From Mycobacteriales bacterium (GTDB taxonomy: Bacteria > Actinomycetota > Actinomycetes > Mycobacteriales > DASULA01), in assembly GCA_036566245.1 (NCBI GenBank), contig DATCWR010000086.1:3139-67138 (forward strand): 64,000 bases of DNA. The letters run 5' to 3'. The notes under the pieces are model-generated. The model saw only the letters and a list, made by a program, of their open reading frames with translations, did no database searches and was not told where the DNA came from. A program made the position numbers and the translations under genes. How positions within the stretch are numbered: the stretch's first letter is position 1; each line of letters begins with the position of its first letter. Positions 44,885 to 54,857 of the stretch are shown here, in pieces.

Positions 44885-46141
44885 GTGGCCGCACCCACCG
44901 TGCATCCCACGCCCTCGGGCGGCGCCGGACCGGACCGTGCCCGCCGGGCACTACGCGACGTCGCGTTCGTCGACGGCGTGCGCACCCCGTTCGGTAAGGC
45001 CGGGCCCAACGGGATGTACGCGCAGACCCGGGCCGACGACATGATGGTCCGGGTGATCCGCGAACTACTCCGCCGGCACCCCGAACTACCACCCGAACGG
45101 GTGGACGAGGTGGCCGTGGCGGCAACCACCCAGACCGGTGACCAGGGTCTGACCATCGGCCGCTCGGCCGCGTTGCTGGCCGGCCTGCCCCGTTCGGTCC
45201 CCGGCTTCGCCATCGACCGGATGTGCGCCGGGGCGATGACGGCGGTGACCACGGTGGCCAGCGGCATCGCCTTCGGTGCCTACGACGTGGCCGTCGCCGG
45301 CGGGGTGGAGCACATGGGCCGACACCCGATGGGCCAGGGCGTCGACCCCAACCCGCGGTTCCTGTCCGAACGGCTGGTCGACCCCTCGGCGTTGGTGATG
45401 GGACAGACCGCCGAGAACCTGCACGACCGGTTCCCGCACCTGACCAGGGAGCGTGCCGACCGGTTCGCCGCGGCCAGCCAGGCCAAGTTCGCCGCCGCCT
45501 ACGCGCAGGGCAGGATCCAGCCGGACCTGGTCACGGTGGCGACCCGCTCCGCCGAACAGGGCTGGGGTCTGGCGGTCGCCGACGAGCCACCCCGGCCGGG
45601 CACGACCACCGAGGTGCTGGCCACCCTACGCACCCCGTTCCGCCCGCACGGCCGGGTCACCGCGGGCAACACCGCCGGTCTCAACGACGGCGCCACCGGT
45701 TGCCTCGTGGCCGCCGAGGAGGTGGCCCACGAACTGGGCCTGCCGGTACGGATGCGACTGGTCTGCTACGCCTTCGCCGGGGTCGAACCGGAGTACATGG
45801 GCGTGGGACCGATTCCGTCCACCGAGAAGGCGCTGGCCCGGGCCGGCCTGTCCATCGCCGACATCGGTCTGTTCGAACTGAACGAGGCGTTCGCCGTACA
45901 GGTGCTGGCGTTCCTGGACCACTTCGGGATCGCCGACGACGATCCCCGGGTGAACCCCTACGGCGGTGCCATCGCGATCGGCCACCCGTTGGCATCCTCG
46001 GGGGTGCGGTTGATGACCCAACTTGCCCGGCACTTCGCCGAGCACCCCGAGGTCCGCTACGGCCTGACCGCGATGTGCGTCGGTATCGGCATGGGCGGCA
46101 GCGTGATCTGGGAGAACCCACACTGGAGGGCGGCCGAGTGA
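44885..46141 (+). CDS. fadA: Acetyl-CoA C-acyltransferase (thiolase)
   Basis: IDRMCAGAMTAV active-site Cys region and C-terminal CVGIGMGG. GAGGAG SD. Confidence 0.9.
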   Translation: MAAPTVHPTPSGGAGPDRARRALRDVAFVDGVRTPFGKAGPNGMYAQTRADDMMVRVIRELLRRHPELPPERVDEVAVAATTQTGDQGLTIGRSAALLAGLPRSVPGFAIDRMCAGAMTAVTTVASGIAFGAYDVAVAGGVEHMGRHPMGQGVDPNPRFLSERLVDPSALVMGQTAENLHDRFPHLTRERADRFAAASQAKFAAAYAQGRIQPDLVTVATRSAEQGWGLAVADEPPRPGTTTEVLATLRTPFRPHGRVTAGNTAGLNDGATGCLVAAEEVAHELGLPVRMRLVCYAFAGVEPEYMGVGPIPSTEKALARAGLSIADIGLFELNEAFAVQVLAFLDHFGIADDDPRVNPYGGAIAIGHPLASSGVRLMTQLARHFAEHPEVRYGLTAMCVGIGMGGSVIWENPHWRAAE

Positions 46142-48231
46142 GTCCGACACAGTTCGTCGACGAGGTTGTCACACACGCCCACGTCAGATTCGTCGCGGTG
46201 CCCGGCATCGACGGCGAGGTCGCCCTGGTGACCCTGGACAACGGCCACGACCACCGTCGACCCTCCACCTTCGGACCGGCCGGTCTGGCCAGCCTGGACG
46301 CGGCCCTGGACCAGATCGAGGCCCACCAACCTCCGGTGGCGGCGATCGCGGTGACCGGCAAGCCCTTCGTGTTCGCGGTGGGGGCCGATGTGACGGGTAT
46401 CCCACGGGTGACCGACCGGGACACCGCGCGGGAGATCGCCCGGGCCGGGCACCGGGTGTTCGCCCGGCTGCGGGACTCGACGGTGCCCACGTTCGCCTTC
46501 GTCAACGGCGCGGCCATGGGTGGTGGCCTGGAACTTGCACTGCACTGCCACTACCGCACGCTGTCCACCTCGGCCGCGGCGATCGCGTTCCCGGAATGTT
46601 TCCTCGGGTTGGTGCCTGGTTGGGGTGGCACCCAGTTGCTGCCGAACCTCGTCGGCGCCGACCGGGCGGTCACCGTCATCATCGACAACGCCCTGAACAA
46701 CAACCGGATGCTCAAACCCGCCCAGGCCCACGAGTTGGGCATCAGCGACGTGCTGCTGGAGGCTGCCGACTTCCTGGAGGAGTCGCTGCGCTGGGCCGGC
46801 GGGGTGCTGCGCGGCGAGATCACCGTCACCCGCCCACAGGTGGACCGAGGTCAGGCCTGGGGCGAGGCGGTGGCCCGAGGTCGGACCCTGGTCGAGGCAA
46901 GGCTGCACGGTGCCGCCCCGGCACCCCTGCGGGCCCTGGATCTGATTGAGTTGGCCCGTACCGCCCCGTTCGCGCAGGGTTGCGCGGCCGAGGACGAGGC
47001 ACTGGCCGACCTGCTGATGACCGAGGAACTGCGCTCGGGTCTGTACGCGTTCGATCTGGTGCAGAAGCGGGCCCGTCGGCCGGTCGGCGCACCTGACACG
47101 TCACTGGCCCGGCCGGTGACCAAGGTCGGGGTGGTCGGTGCCGGGTTGATGGCCGGCCAACTCGCGTTGCTGTTCGCCCGACGGTTGGGTGTACCGGTGG
47201 TACTGACCGACCTGGACGCCGAACGTCTGGACCGGGGGGTGTCCTACGTGCGTGGCGAGATCGACTCGCTGGTGACGAAGGGACGGCTCACCCCCGACCA
47301 GGGAAACCGGTACCGGGCACTGGTCACCGGCTCGCTGACCAAGGACGCGTTCGCCGACGCCGACCTCGTGATCGAGGCGGTGTTCGAGGACCTGAAGGTC
47401 AAGCAACAGGTGTTCGCCGAGGTGGAGCAGGTGGTCGGACCGGAGTGTGTGTTGGCCACCAACACCAGTTCGCTGTCGGTGACCGAGATGGCCGCTGGGT
47501 TGGCTCACCCCGAACGGGTGGTCGGCTTCCACTTCTTCAACCCGGTCGCGGTGCTGCCGCTGCTGGAGGTGGTACGGGCCGGCCGGACCGACGAGCCGAC
47601 CCTGGCCACCGCGTTCGCAGTGGGCAAACAGTTGAAGAAGTCCTGTGTGCTGGTCGCGGACGCACCCGCGTTCGTGGTGAACCGGGTGCTGACCCGGTTC
47701 CTCGGGGAGGTGACCCGGGCCATCGACGAGGGCAGTGACCTGGTCGAGGCCGACCACGCTCTGGACCCGTTGGGCCTGCCGATGACCCCACTGGTGTTGC
47801 TTGCCCTGGTCGGACCGGCGGTGGCGCTGCACGTGGCCGAGACGCTGCACGAGGCGTTCCCCGACCGCTACCACGTCTCGGACAACCTGCGCCGGGCGGT
47901 GCGGATGGGTAAGACGTCGTTCTACACCTGGGAGGGCGGACAACAGCGGCTCGACCCGGAGGTGGCCGAGCTGTACCGGGGCGTCACCGGCGGTCCGTCC
48001 GCCGACCAGGTGCGGGAGCGGGCCCTGGCCGCCCTGGCCGGTGAGATCCGGCTCATGTTGGACGAGGGCGTGGTGGCCGAGCCGCAGGACATCGACCTGT
48101 GCATGCTGCTGGGCGCCGGATGGCCGTTCCATCTGGGCGGGGTCACCCCCTACCTGGACCGCACCGGGGTGTCCGAGCGGGTCACCGGTCGCCGCTTCCT
48201 GCCCCGGGGTGTGGCCAGCCTGCCCGACTGA
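46138..48231 (+). CDS. fadB: Multifunctional enoyl-CoA hydratase / 3-hydroxyacyl-CoA dehydrogenase
   Basis: N-terminal crotonase fold (VNGAAMGGGLELAL) and C-terminal NAD-binding VGVVGAGLMAGQLA. The GTG at 46138 overlaps the fadA stop (GTGA). Confidence 0.9.
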   Translation: MSPTQFVDEVVTHAHVRFVAVPGIDGEVALVTLDNGHDHRRPSTFGPAGLASLDAALDQIEAHQPPVAAIAVTGKPFVFAVGADVTGIPRVTDRDTAREIARAGHRVFARLRDSTVPTFAFVNGAAMGGGLELALHCHYRTLSTSAAAIAFPECFLGLVPGWGGTQLLPNLVGADRAVTVIIDNALNNNRMLKPAQAHELGISDVLLEAADFLEESLRWAGGVLRGEITVTRPQVDRGQAWGEAVARGRTLVEARLHGAAPAPLRALDLIELARTAPFAQGCAAEDEALADLLMTEELRSGLYAFDLVQKRARRPVGAPDTSLARPVTKVGVVGAGLMAGQLALLFARRLGVPVVLTDLDAERLDRGVSYVRGEIDSLVTKGRLTPDQGNRYRALVTGSLTKDAFADADLVIEAVFEDLKVKQQVFAEVEQVVGPECVLATNTSSLSVTEMAAGLAHPERVVGFHFFNPVAVLPLLEVVRAGRTDEPTLATAFAVGKQLKKSCVLVADAPAFVVNRVLTRFLGEVTRAIDEGSDLVEADHALDPLGLPMTPLVLLALVGPAVALHVAETLHEAFPDRYHVSDNLRRAVRMGKTSFYTWEGGQQRLDPEVAELYRGVTGGPSADQVRERALAALAGEIRLMLDEGVVAEPQDIDLCMLLGAGWPFHLGGVTPYLDRTGVSERVTGRRFLPRGVASLPD

Positions 48232-48240
48232 CCGGGCCGA

Positions 48241-48283
48241 CCGGTGGCGGGTGCCGGGAAACGGATGGTGTACCCGCCACCGG
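48241..48283 (+). terminator. Perfect 12-bp hairpin after fadB
   Basis: CCGGTGGCGGGT (48241-48252) pairs with ACCCGCCACCGG (48272-48283), with a 19-nt loop. It begins 10 nt after the fadB stop and has no U-tract, which is common in actinobacteria. Confidence 0.55.
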
Positions 48284-48480
48284 CGCCGGACCGGGCGGTG
48301 TGATCCGCCCTACGGTGGTCGTGTCCGGGTTGGCACGGGACCGGTGCGGTGCGTCCGGGTTCCCTGCTCGGTCCCAGGTCCGCGGATCCATCTGGTCACC
48401 CTCGTGGTGAGTGGGTGGCGATGATCGGGGGCACCACACCGGGTACGTGGAGTTCGGGTCAACCCCTCCAAAATGAACCC

Positions 48481-49899
48481 ATGCCAGTACGAAACTCCAC
48501 ATCCCGCGCCGCGCTGGCGGTGCTGTCGATGGCCCAGTTCCTGATCGCCCTGGACTACTCGATCATCTACGTCGCCCTGCCGCACATCGCCGACGAGCTA
48601 CACATCGAACTGACCTTCACCCAGTGGATCGTCAGCGCCTACGCCGTGCTCTTCGCGGGGTTCCTGGTGGTGGGGGGCCGTCTGTCGGACCTGGTCGGGG
48701 CGAGGCGACTGTTCATCGTCGCCATCGTCACCTTCGGGGTCGCCAGCGCGGTTGGCGGGACAGCCGGAGACGGGTCGGTGCTGCTGGCCGCGCGCGGCGC
48801 CCAGGGCCTTGGTGCCGCCGTGCTGCAACCGGCCGTTCTGGCCCTCATCGGTACGACCTTCCCCGCCGGGCCGTCGCGGAACAGGGCCCTGGCGGTCTGG
48901 GGCGCGGTCGGGGCGCTGGGACTGGCCGCCGGGGCCATCCTCGGCGGCCTGCTCACCACGGTGTCGTGGCGGCTCGTCTTCGTGGTCAACGTGCCGCTCA
49001 CCATCCTGTGCGCCTTCGGGGCGGCCGTCTGGGTGACCTCGGCCGGCGACCACCCCCGGGCCGACCGGATCCCGGTACTCGCCTCGGTGCTGGGCACCGG
49101 CACCGTGCTCGCGTTGGTCGTGGGACTCACCCTCGGTCCCGGCGTCGGCTGGGGTGCCGCCCCAACCAGCGCCTGTCTCGGTCTGGCCCTCGTGCTGTTC
49201 CTGGTGTTCCTCCGTAACGAGCGCACCTCACCCAATGCCCTGATCGAGCCGGTTCTCCGCGAGACACTCCCGTTACGGGTCGGCGCCGGGGCGACCGCCC
49301 TGTACATGGCCAGCGTGGGGTCGGAGTTCTTCCTCTTCACGCTGCTGCTCCAGTCGGCGAAGGGCTACTCGCCGTTACGCACCGGCCTGGCGTTCCTTCC
49401 GTTGGCCGTCCTGATCACCGTGGGCAACACCGCGGCGGGTCGGGTGGTACGCCGGTACCGTCCCAGCACCGTGCTCGCCGGTGGGTTCGCCGTCGCCGCG
49501 GTCGGTCTGCTCTGGCTCGGCCTCGCCCTGCACGGAGACTCCTACCTGGTCGACCTACTGCCGGGGCTGTTGCTCAGCGGGTTCGGACACGGCCTCATCT
49601 ACACGGCCATGTTCATCGTCGGCACCGGAGACGTACCGACCGCGCACCAGGGCACGGCGGGGGCGTTGCTGACCACCTCCCAGTACCTGTCCGGCGCAGT
49701 CACCCTGGCGGTACTGACGCCGGTGCTCGGTCGGTCACCGCACGAGGGCGACTTTCGGACCGGCTTCCTGCTCACCGCCGGTGCGGCGGTCGCCGGACTC
49801 GTGCTGGCGGCCCTGGCACGCCGGCGACCCGAGGCCTGCCCCGACCCGTCGGGTGCGGGTGTCGTTTCGCCGACCACCGACCGACGCACCCTGAGATGA
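48481..49899 (+). CDS. MFS transporter (DHA2/EmrB-like, 14-TM type)
   Basis: LSMAQFLIALDYSIIYVALP...GGRLSDLVGARR motif. 472 aa from the ATG at 48481; earlier in-frame starts are possible. Confidence 0.85.
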   Translation: MPVRNSTSRAALAVLSMAQFLIALDYSIIYVALPHIADELHIELTFTQWIVSAYAVLFAGFLVVGGRLSDLVGARRLFIVAIVTFGVASAVGGTAGDGSVLLAARGAQGLGAAVLQPAVLALIGTTFPAGPSRNRALAVWGAVGALGLAAGAILGGLLTTVSWRLVFVVNVPLTILCAFGAAVWVTSAGDHPRADRIPVLASVLGTGTVLALVVGLTLGPGVGWGAAPTSACLGLALVLFLVFLRNERTSPNALIEPVLRETLPLRVGAGATALYMASVGSEFFLFTLLLQSAKGYSPLRTGLAFLPLAVLITVGNTAAGRVVRRYRPSTVLAGGFAVAAVGLLWLGLALHGDSYLVDLLPGLLLSGFGHGLIYTAMFIVGTGDVPTAHQGTAGALLTTSQYLSGAVTLAVLTPVLGRSPHEGDFRTGFLLTAGAAVAGLVLAALARRRPEACPDPSGAGVVSPTTDRRTLR

Positions 49900-49933
49900 C
49901 CAAGCCCCTGGCAGACACCCGCCGGCTGACCGG

Positions 49934-50362
49934 TCAGGAGAAATCCTGCGGACCGAACTCCTTCGGCTCGACCAGAACCAACCAGTTGCCGGAGTTGTCG
50001 CGCATCACCGCCTCGACGCCATAGGGCCGATCCGAGGGTTCCTGGAGGAAGACCACCCCCCTGGCGCTCAGTTCCTGGTAGGTCGCACGGCAGTCGTCCA
50101 CGGTCAGTCCGAGGCCGCCCATCTGGCCCTTCTCCAACTGACGGCGGACGAAGTCTGCGGCCTCGGGGTCCAGCGGTGGACCGGGCACCATCAGGGTGAC
50201 ATCCAGTTCGGGCTGGCTCGGGTGCCCGACGGTGACCCACCGGAAGCCCTCCCCCATGGTGATGTCGACACGCGGCTGGAAACCCAGCACATCCACGTAG
50301 AAGTCTCGTGCGGCGTCCTGGTCGAGGCAGTAGACGGTGACCAGTGAGATGTTCGTGATCAT
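49934..50362 (-). CDS. VOC/glyoxalase family protein
   Basis: MITNISLVTVYCLDQDAARDFYVDVLGF... 142 aa. Confidence 0.8.
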   Translation of the reverse strand: MITNISLVTVYCLDQDAARDFYVDVLGFQPRVDITMGEGFRWVTVGHPSQPELDVTLMVPGPPLDPEAADFVRRQLEKGQMGGLGLTVDDCRATYQELSARGVVFLQEPSDRPYGVEAVMRDNSGNWLVLVEPKEFGPQDFS

Positions 50363-50414
50363 GCCTCGACGCTAGACACGGCGGCCCGTTTCCGCTTCTC
50401 CCAGGTTGCTGGGT

Positions 50415-50858
50415 CTACCCACCTGGGAGATGCGCGGTGCCGGACAGGTCCATCACGCCGCGCATGAACAGGTAGCACCCGGGCACGTGCGGTCCGCCAC
50501 GGGCCGACCACCGGTCGCGGTAGGCGCTCGGGCTCTCTCCGACCAGATGGGTGAAGCGCGATGAGAACGATCCGAGGCTGGCGAACCCGACCAGCATGCA
50601 CACCTCGGTGACGGTCAGGTTGGCGCCGCGCAGCAGGTCCTGGGCCCGTTCGATCCGGCGACGGGTGAGATACCGGATCGGCGTCTCACCGTAGACAGCC
50701 TCGAAACTGCGGACAAGGTGAAACTTTGACACACCGGCCACCGCCGCGATCTGGTCCAGACGCAGGGCGCTGGCGTAGTGCTGATCGATGTGGTCCCGGG
50801 CCCGGCGCAGGTGAGCCACCAGGTCCACCGGCACCGTCCGTGTCGTCGCCCCCGTCAC
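50415..50858 (-). CDS. AraC family transcriptional regulator (short, HTH-only)
   Basis: LDQIAAVAGVSKFHLVRSFEAVYGETPIRYLTRRRIERAQDLL...VTEVCMLVGFASLGSFSSRF. I chose the GTG at 50858. It lies upstream of, and on the same strand as, the VOC gene. Confidence 0.8.
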   Translation of the reverse strand: MTGATTRTVPVDLVAHLRRARDHIDQHYASALRLDQIAAVAGVSKFHLVRSFEAVYGETPIRYLTRRRIERAQDLLRGANLTVTEVCMLVGFASLGSFSSRFTHLVGESPSAYRDRWSARGGPHVPGCYLFMRGVMDLSGTAHLPGG

Positions 50859-51009
50859 CCGGTCGAGTGTATTCAGTTTCCCCCGCCTCGTGGACCGACG
50901 CTCGCCGGAACGGTGTCCTGACGCCGAGCCGACGTCACGCCCGCACGCAGAGCCGTCAGGCCAGCCACCGCACCGAACCCTCCTTCGGACCCTTTCCGGT
51001 GAGGGGTGA

Positions 51010-51441
51010 CCGCGTGTTGCCGTACCCGGCGACCGGTTCCCGACCACGGCGGAGTCGCACTGGGCCGAGATCGCCCGGGTACTGCGACCCGGGGCGACGT
51101 ACCTGTCCCAGCAGGTCGGTGCCGGCTCCGTCCGCGAACTGACCGACTTCATGATGGGGCCCCAACCGGTGGGGCGTGGGCGGAGCACGGCGCGTGCCGT
51201 CGCCTCGGCCGAGGCGGCCGGGCTCACCGTGGTGGACCTGCGCGCCGAGTCCCTGCTCATGACATTCAACGACATTGGCGCGGTCGTGGTCTTCCTACGC
51301 AAGGTGATCTGGATCGTGCCCGGCTTCACCGTGGACCGCTACCGCGACCGGCTCGCCGACCTGCACCAGCGCATCGGTGCCGAGGGCCCGTTCGTGGCCC
51401 ATTCTCAGCGCTTCCTCATCGAGGCTCGCAAACCCGCCTGA
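51010..51441 (+). pseudogene. 5'-truncated class I SAM-dependent methyltransferase remnant
   Basis: The frame reads ...SHWAEIARVLRPGATYLSQQVGAGSVRELTDFMMGP...FNDIGAVVVFLRKVIWIVPGF...RFLIEARKPA, the C-terminal two-thirds of this methyltransferase type. An in-frame TGA sits at 51007-51009. There is no start codon before 51151 and no SAM-binding motif I upstream. Confidence 0.55.
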
Positions 51442-51550
51442 GCCGCAACGGACGTTCTAGCTCAGGCGCAACGACGGCAATCTCGCGTTCGTACTACCAG
51501 ATTTGTCGACTCCTGACTCCCAGAATCGTCGTCAAGGTGATCCGGCCCCG

Positions 51551-51578
51551 CGTTCGGCGCCCACAGCGCTGCCGAACG
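51551..51578. terminator. Hairpin between convergent genes
   Basis: CGTTCGGC (51551-58) pairs with GCCGAACG (51571-78): a perfect 8-bp stem and a 12-nt loop. Confidence 0.35.
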
Positions 51579-51641
51579 ACTGGGCTGGCGATGACCGAGG
51601 ACCGGAAGGTATCGCCGTCGAGTGGCTGTCGGTGTGTGCGC

Positions 51642-52754
51642 TCAGTGCGGCAGGTCGTGACCGGCGGGGCCCACCGCGGCCACACCGCTTGCCGTGTACC
51701 GGGCGCCGAGCACCGAGGCCCGGGCGTCGCCGGGTCGGTACACCACCATCCGCTGGTCCGGGCGGATCGCCAGTACGCTGCCGTCCCTAGTCCAGACCGG
51801 CGCCGTGGGGTGGTCGGAGGCGTCACCGCCCTCCAGTGCGACGACCCGGAGTTGCCCAACCGAACCGGCATCCACCTGTCCGACCACCAACCGGGCGTGT
51901 TGGTTGACCCGAGCCCGCACCGCGAACGACTCAGCTCCCGGTGCCAGCGTGCCCGGTCCGGTGACCTCCACCGCCGACAGCCTGGGCAACCAGTGCCGGG
52001 CGCCGGTGGACAGCGACACCCAGCCGACGCGGTGTTGGTCATGGACCAGCAGCACGCCGTCGACCACGTCCAACGCCTCGGCGTCGGCCAACCACCGGGG
52101 CGGCGCGCCGTCAACCGGCAGCACCACGGTGTGTGGATCGACACCGCCCACGGTGGCGACCAGGCCGGGCCGGGCCGCACCAACCAACCGGTAACCGAAC
52201 GGCACCGACACCCGGGCCGGCACGGCACTTCCGTCGAGGTTCACCAGGCGGGCCACGCCGCCGTGTGACAACCACACACCGCCGCCGTCGAGCGACGGCA
52301 CCACCTCGGTGGCTGGGCCCAACCGGACCGGGTCACCCCGGTGCGGTACCGCGTAGGCCCAACCCGGCGACGGGGCGAGCCCGCCGCCACCGTACTGCGG
52401 CCCTGCCCCTCCGGGTCCGTGCTGGGTCAGCCCACCCGGAGTGAGCGGCACCGGTCTGGGTGGTACGGCCTCCGGTGGTGACGGCGTGTCGGTGATCGGC
52501 CGGGCGGGCGCCGGCCGGGTGAGCACCACGTCGGCGCCGCGCATCGCCCAGACCCGTACCGCCAGTTGCCCGGCGGGCAGCCGAACCGGTTCGGTGGTGC
52601 CGGTACGCAGGTTGTGACGGGTGAGTCGTCCGGTGGAGACCAGCAGCAGGGTCCCCAGGTCCGCGGGCGCCTCGACGGTCGTGGACAACGGCACCGACAG
52701 CCCGCTGGCCCGGTCAGCCGGCGCGGGCTGACCGACAGCCAGGCTCACCGCCAC
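51642..52754 (-). CDS. Hypothetical exported or anchored protein downstream of a two-component system (5' end unresolved)
   Basis: 370-aa ORF with good high-GC codon bias. A Pro/Gly-rich linker is followed by a beta-rich region. A hydrophobic h-region (LPAVLLAAAVAVSLAV) straddles the first available start. Confidence 0.6.
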   Translation of the reverse strand: MAVSLAVGQPAPADRASGLSVPLSTTVEAPADLGTLLLVSTGRLTRHNLRTGTTEPVRLPAGQLAVRVWAMRGADVVLTRPAPARPITDTPSPPEAVPPRPVPLTPGGLTQHGPGGAGPQYGGGGLAPSPGWAYAVPHRGDPVRLGPATEVVPSLDGGGVWLSHGGVARLVNLDGSAVPARVSVPFGYRLVGAARPGLVATVGGVDPHTVVLPVDGAPPRWLADAEALDVVDGVLLVHDQHRVGWVSLSTGARHWLPRLSAVEVTGPGTLAPGAESFAVRARVNQHARLVVGQVDAGSVGQLRVVALEGGDASDHPTAPVWTRDGSVLAIRPDQRMVVYRPGDARASVLGARYTASGVAAVGPAGHDLPH

Positions 52755-52844
52755 CGCGGCGGCCAGCAGTACGGCGGGTAGCGCCGGGCCGGCGGGCCCA
52801 GGTGGGCACGACCGGCAGGCTTCGGACGAGAGGCTTACCCACGG

Positions 52845-54011
52845 TCAGGTCATACTCTCCGACGCTGGGACGGCGGGAAGACGGACGGACACCTCCAGGC
52901 CCCCCTGGGGCAGGGACCGGGCGGTGGCCTCGCCGCCGTGTGCGGATGCTACGGCCCGGACGATGGACAGGCCAAGACCGGCACCCCGGTTGGCCGTTCG
53001 CGCCGTGCCACCGCGTCGGAACGGCTCGAACAACTCGTCCACCGTGGCGTTCTCCAGGATCGGGCCGGTGTTCCACACCGTCAGCCAGGCGGTCTTCTGG
53101 TCGGTGCCGGTGGTCAGGCGGACCTCCCCATCATCCACGTTGTGACGTATCGCGTTCTCCATCAGGTTTCCGACCAGCCGTTCCAGCAGGCTGACGTCTC
53201 CCCGAACCGGCGCTGGCTCGGCCCGCACACCCACGGTGACGCGCCGGGTCGCGGCCTCGACAGACGCTGTTCGCACCGCGGTAGGCACCAGTGCGGCCAG
53301 GTCGACCAGTTCGCGCGCCTCCAGACCCTGCCGTTCCTGGGCCTCACCGCGAGCCAACACGAGCAGCGCCTCGACCAACCGGTCGGCGCGCCGGGTGGCG
53401 TCCCGGACGACACCGGCCATCCTGCACAGGTCGGCCACGGTGGGTTCGGGGTCGGCCAACGCCACGTCCACCTCGGTCCGGATCACGGCCAGCGGGGTGC
53501 GCAACTCGTGGCTGGCGTTGGCCACGAACCGCCGCTGGCTGTCGAACGCGGCGTCCAGGCGGGCCAGCATGTCGTCGAACGTGTCGGCCAGTTCCTTCAA
53601 CTCGTCGTCGGGTCCGGCCAGCGCTATCCGGTCGTGCAGGGTCTCGGTGGACAGCCGCCGTGCGGTGGCGGTGACCCGGCTGACCGGTGCGAGCGCCTGA
53701 CCGGCCAGGGCGTACCCGGCCGCGACGCCGACCAGTACCACCAGGCCGAACGCCACCGAACCGGTGCCGACCAGTTCGTTCCAGGCATCGTGGATCACCG
53801 CGTCCTGGAACCGGCCGGCATCGACCAGGAACTGGTTGCCGTCCGGGTCGACCGCCGGTACCACCGCACCGCGCTGGAAGCGCAGCACCGACTCCAGGGT
53901 GCGGCCCAGCAGCACCGCCGACATCGCCAGCAGGGCCAGCCCGACCAGGACGAACAGGCCGCCGTAGAGCAGGGTCAGCCGAAGTCGGAGCGTCGGCCGT
54001 GGGCGGGTCAC
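52845..54011 (-). CDS. Sensor histidine kinase (HAMP + HisKA + HATPase)
   Basis: Two TM helices flank a periplasmic loop of about 45 aa. H-box ASHELRTPLAVI; G-boxes GAGLGLSIV. GTGA overlap with the response-regulator stop. Confidence 0.9.
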   Translation of the reverse strand: MTRPRPTLRLRLTLLYGGLFVLVGLALLAMSAVLLGRTLESVLRFQRGAVVPAVDPDGNQFLVDAGRFQDAVIHDAWNELVGTGSVAFGLVVLVGVAAGYALAGQALAPVSRVTATARRLSTETLHDRIALAGPDDELKELADTFDDMLARLDAAFDSQRRFVANASHELRTPLAVIRTEVDVALADPEPTVADLCRMAGVVRDATRRADRLVEALLVLARGEAQERQGLEARELVDLAALVPTAVRTASVEAATRRVTVGVRAEPAPVRGDVSLLERLVGNLMENAIRHNVDDGEVRLTTGTDQKTAWLTVWNTGPILENATVDELFEPFRRGGTARTANRGAGLGLSIVRAVASAHGGEATARSLPQGGLEVSVRLPAVPASESMT

Positions 54012-54724
54012 CCGGGACTCACCGGGGAGCCTGGTCCGGCCGCGTCTGCGGCCCGGTCGGGCGGGTCCGGGTCGACCCGGTACCCGGCGCCAACAACCGT
54101 CTCAATCAGCGGTGGATCACCCAGTTTGCGACGTAACGTCATAATTGTCACACGAACCGTGGTCGTGAACGGGTCAGCGTTCTCGTCCCATACCCGCTCC
54201 AACAGTTCCTCGCTGGAGACCACCGCGCCACGCGCGCCCAGCAGCACCTCCAACACGCCGAACTCCTTGCGGGTCAGCTCCACCGGCCGTCCGGCCCGGA
54301 CCACCACCCGGCGGCCCGGGTCGAGCCGCACGTCACCGGCCACCAGTACCGGAGGCACCGGCGGGATGGCCCTACGACCCAACGCCCGCACCCGGGCGAC
54401 CAGTTCGGCGAAGGCGAACGGCTTGGCCAGGTAGTCGTCCGCGCCCAGCGACAGTCCCGCCACCCGGTCGGCCACCGCACCGCTGGCGGTGAGCATGATC
54501 ACCCTGGTCAACAGGCCGTCGGAGATCAGCCGGCGACACAGTTCGTCTCCCGACATCCCCGGCAGGTCGCGGTCGAGCACGATCACGTCATACCGGGTGA
54601 TCGCCGCCTTCTCATGACCGTCATCACCGTCGTAGGCGACGTCGACCGCCATGCCCTCCCGGCGCAACCCGCGGGCCACCGCGTCGGCGAGCGGCACCTC
54701 GTCCTCGACAACGAGCACGCGCAC
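54008..54724 (-). CDS. OmpR/PhoB family response regulator
   Basis: MRVLVVEDEVPLADAV...VIVLDRDLPGMSGDELC...ADDYLAKPFAFAEL, followed by a winged-helix C-terminus. Confidence 0.9.
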   Translation of the reverse strand: MRVLVVEDEVPLADAVARGLRREGMAVDVAYDGDDGHEKAAITRYDVIVLDRDLPGMSGDELCRRLISDGLLTRVIMLTASGAVADRVAGLSLGADDYLAKPFAFAELVARVRALGRRAIPPVPPVLVAGDVRLDPGRRVVVRAGRPVELTRKEFGVLEVLLGARGAVVSSEELLERVWDENADPFTTTVRVTIMTLRRKLGDPPLIETVVGAGYRVDPDPPDRAADAAGPGSPVSPG

Positions 54725-54857
54725 CGGCCCGCCCCCTCCCGTTGGTGTGTCGGCAGCCCGTCAGCGGCTCCGTGCGGTCTGATCCTGGCCCACCCGCGGC
54801 TCCCCGCCCGACCGCACCGCCGCGACAGCGGAGGAGTCGCCTCGACCACGCCGACGG

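Noticed and set aside
43362-45125. 587-aa minus-strand ORF
   Set aside because: It is antisense to rnd and the start of fadA, and it has no domain-like sequence.
45223-46137. N-terminal 305 aa of ORF 45223..48231
   Set aside because: This part lies in a shadow frame over fadA. The real fadB starts at GTG 46138, coupled to the fadA stop.
51006-52268. 420-aa plus-strand ORF
   Set aside because: It is mostly antisense to the hypothetical gene 51642..52754. Its 5' part overlaps the methyltransferase remnant in another frame. It has no motifs.
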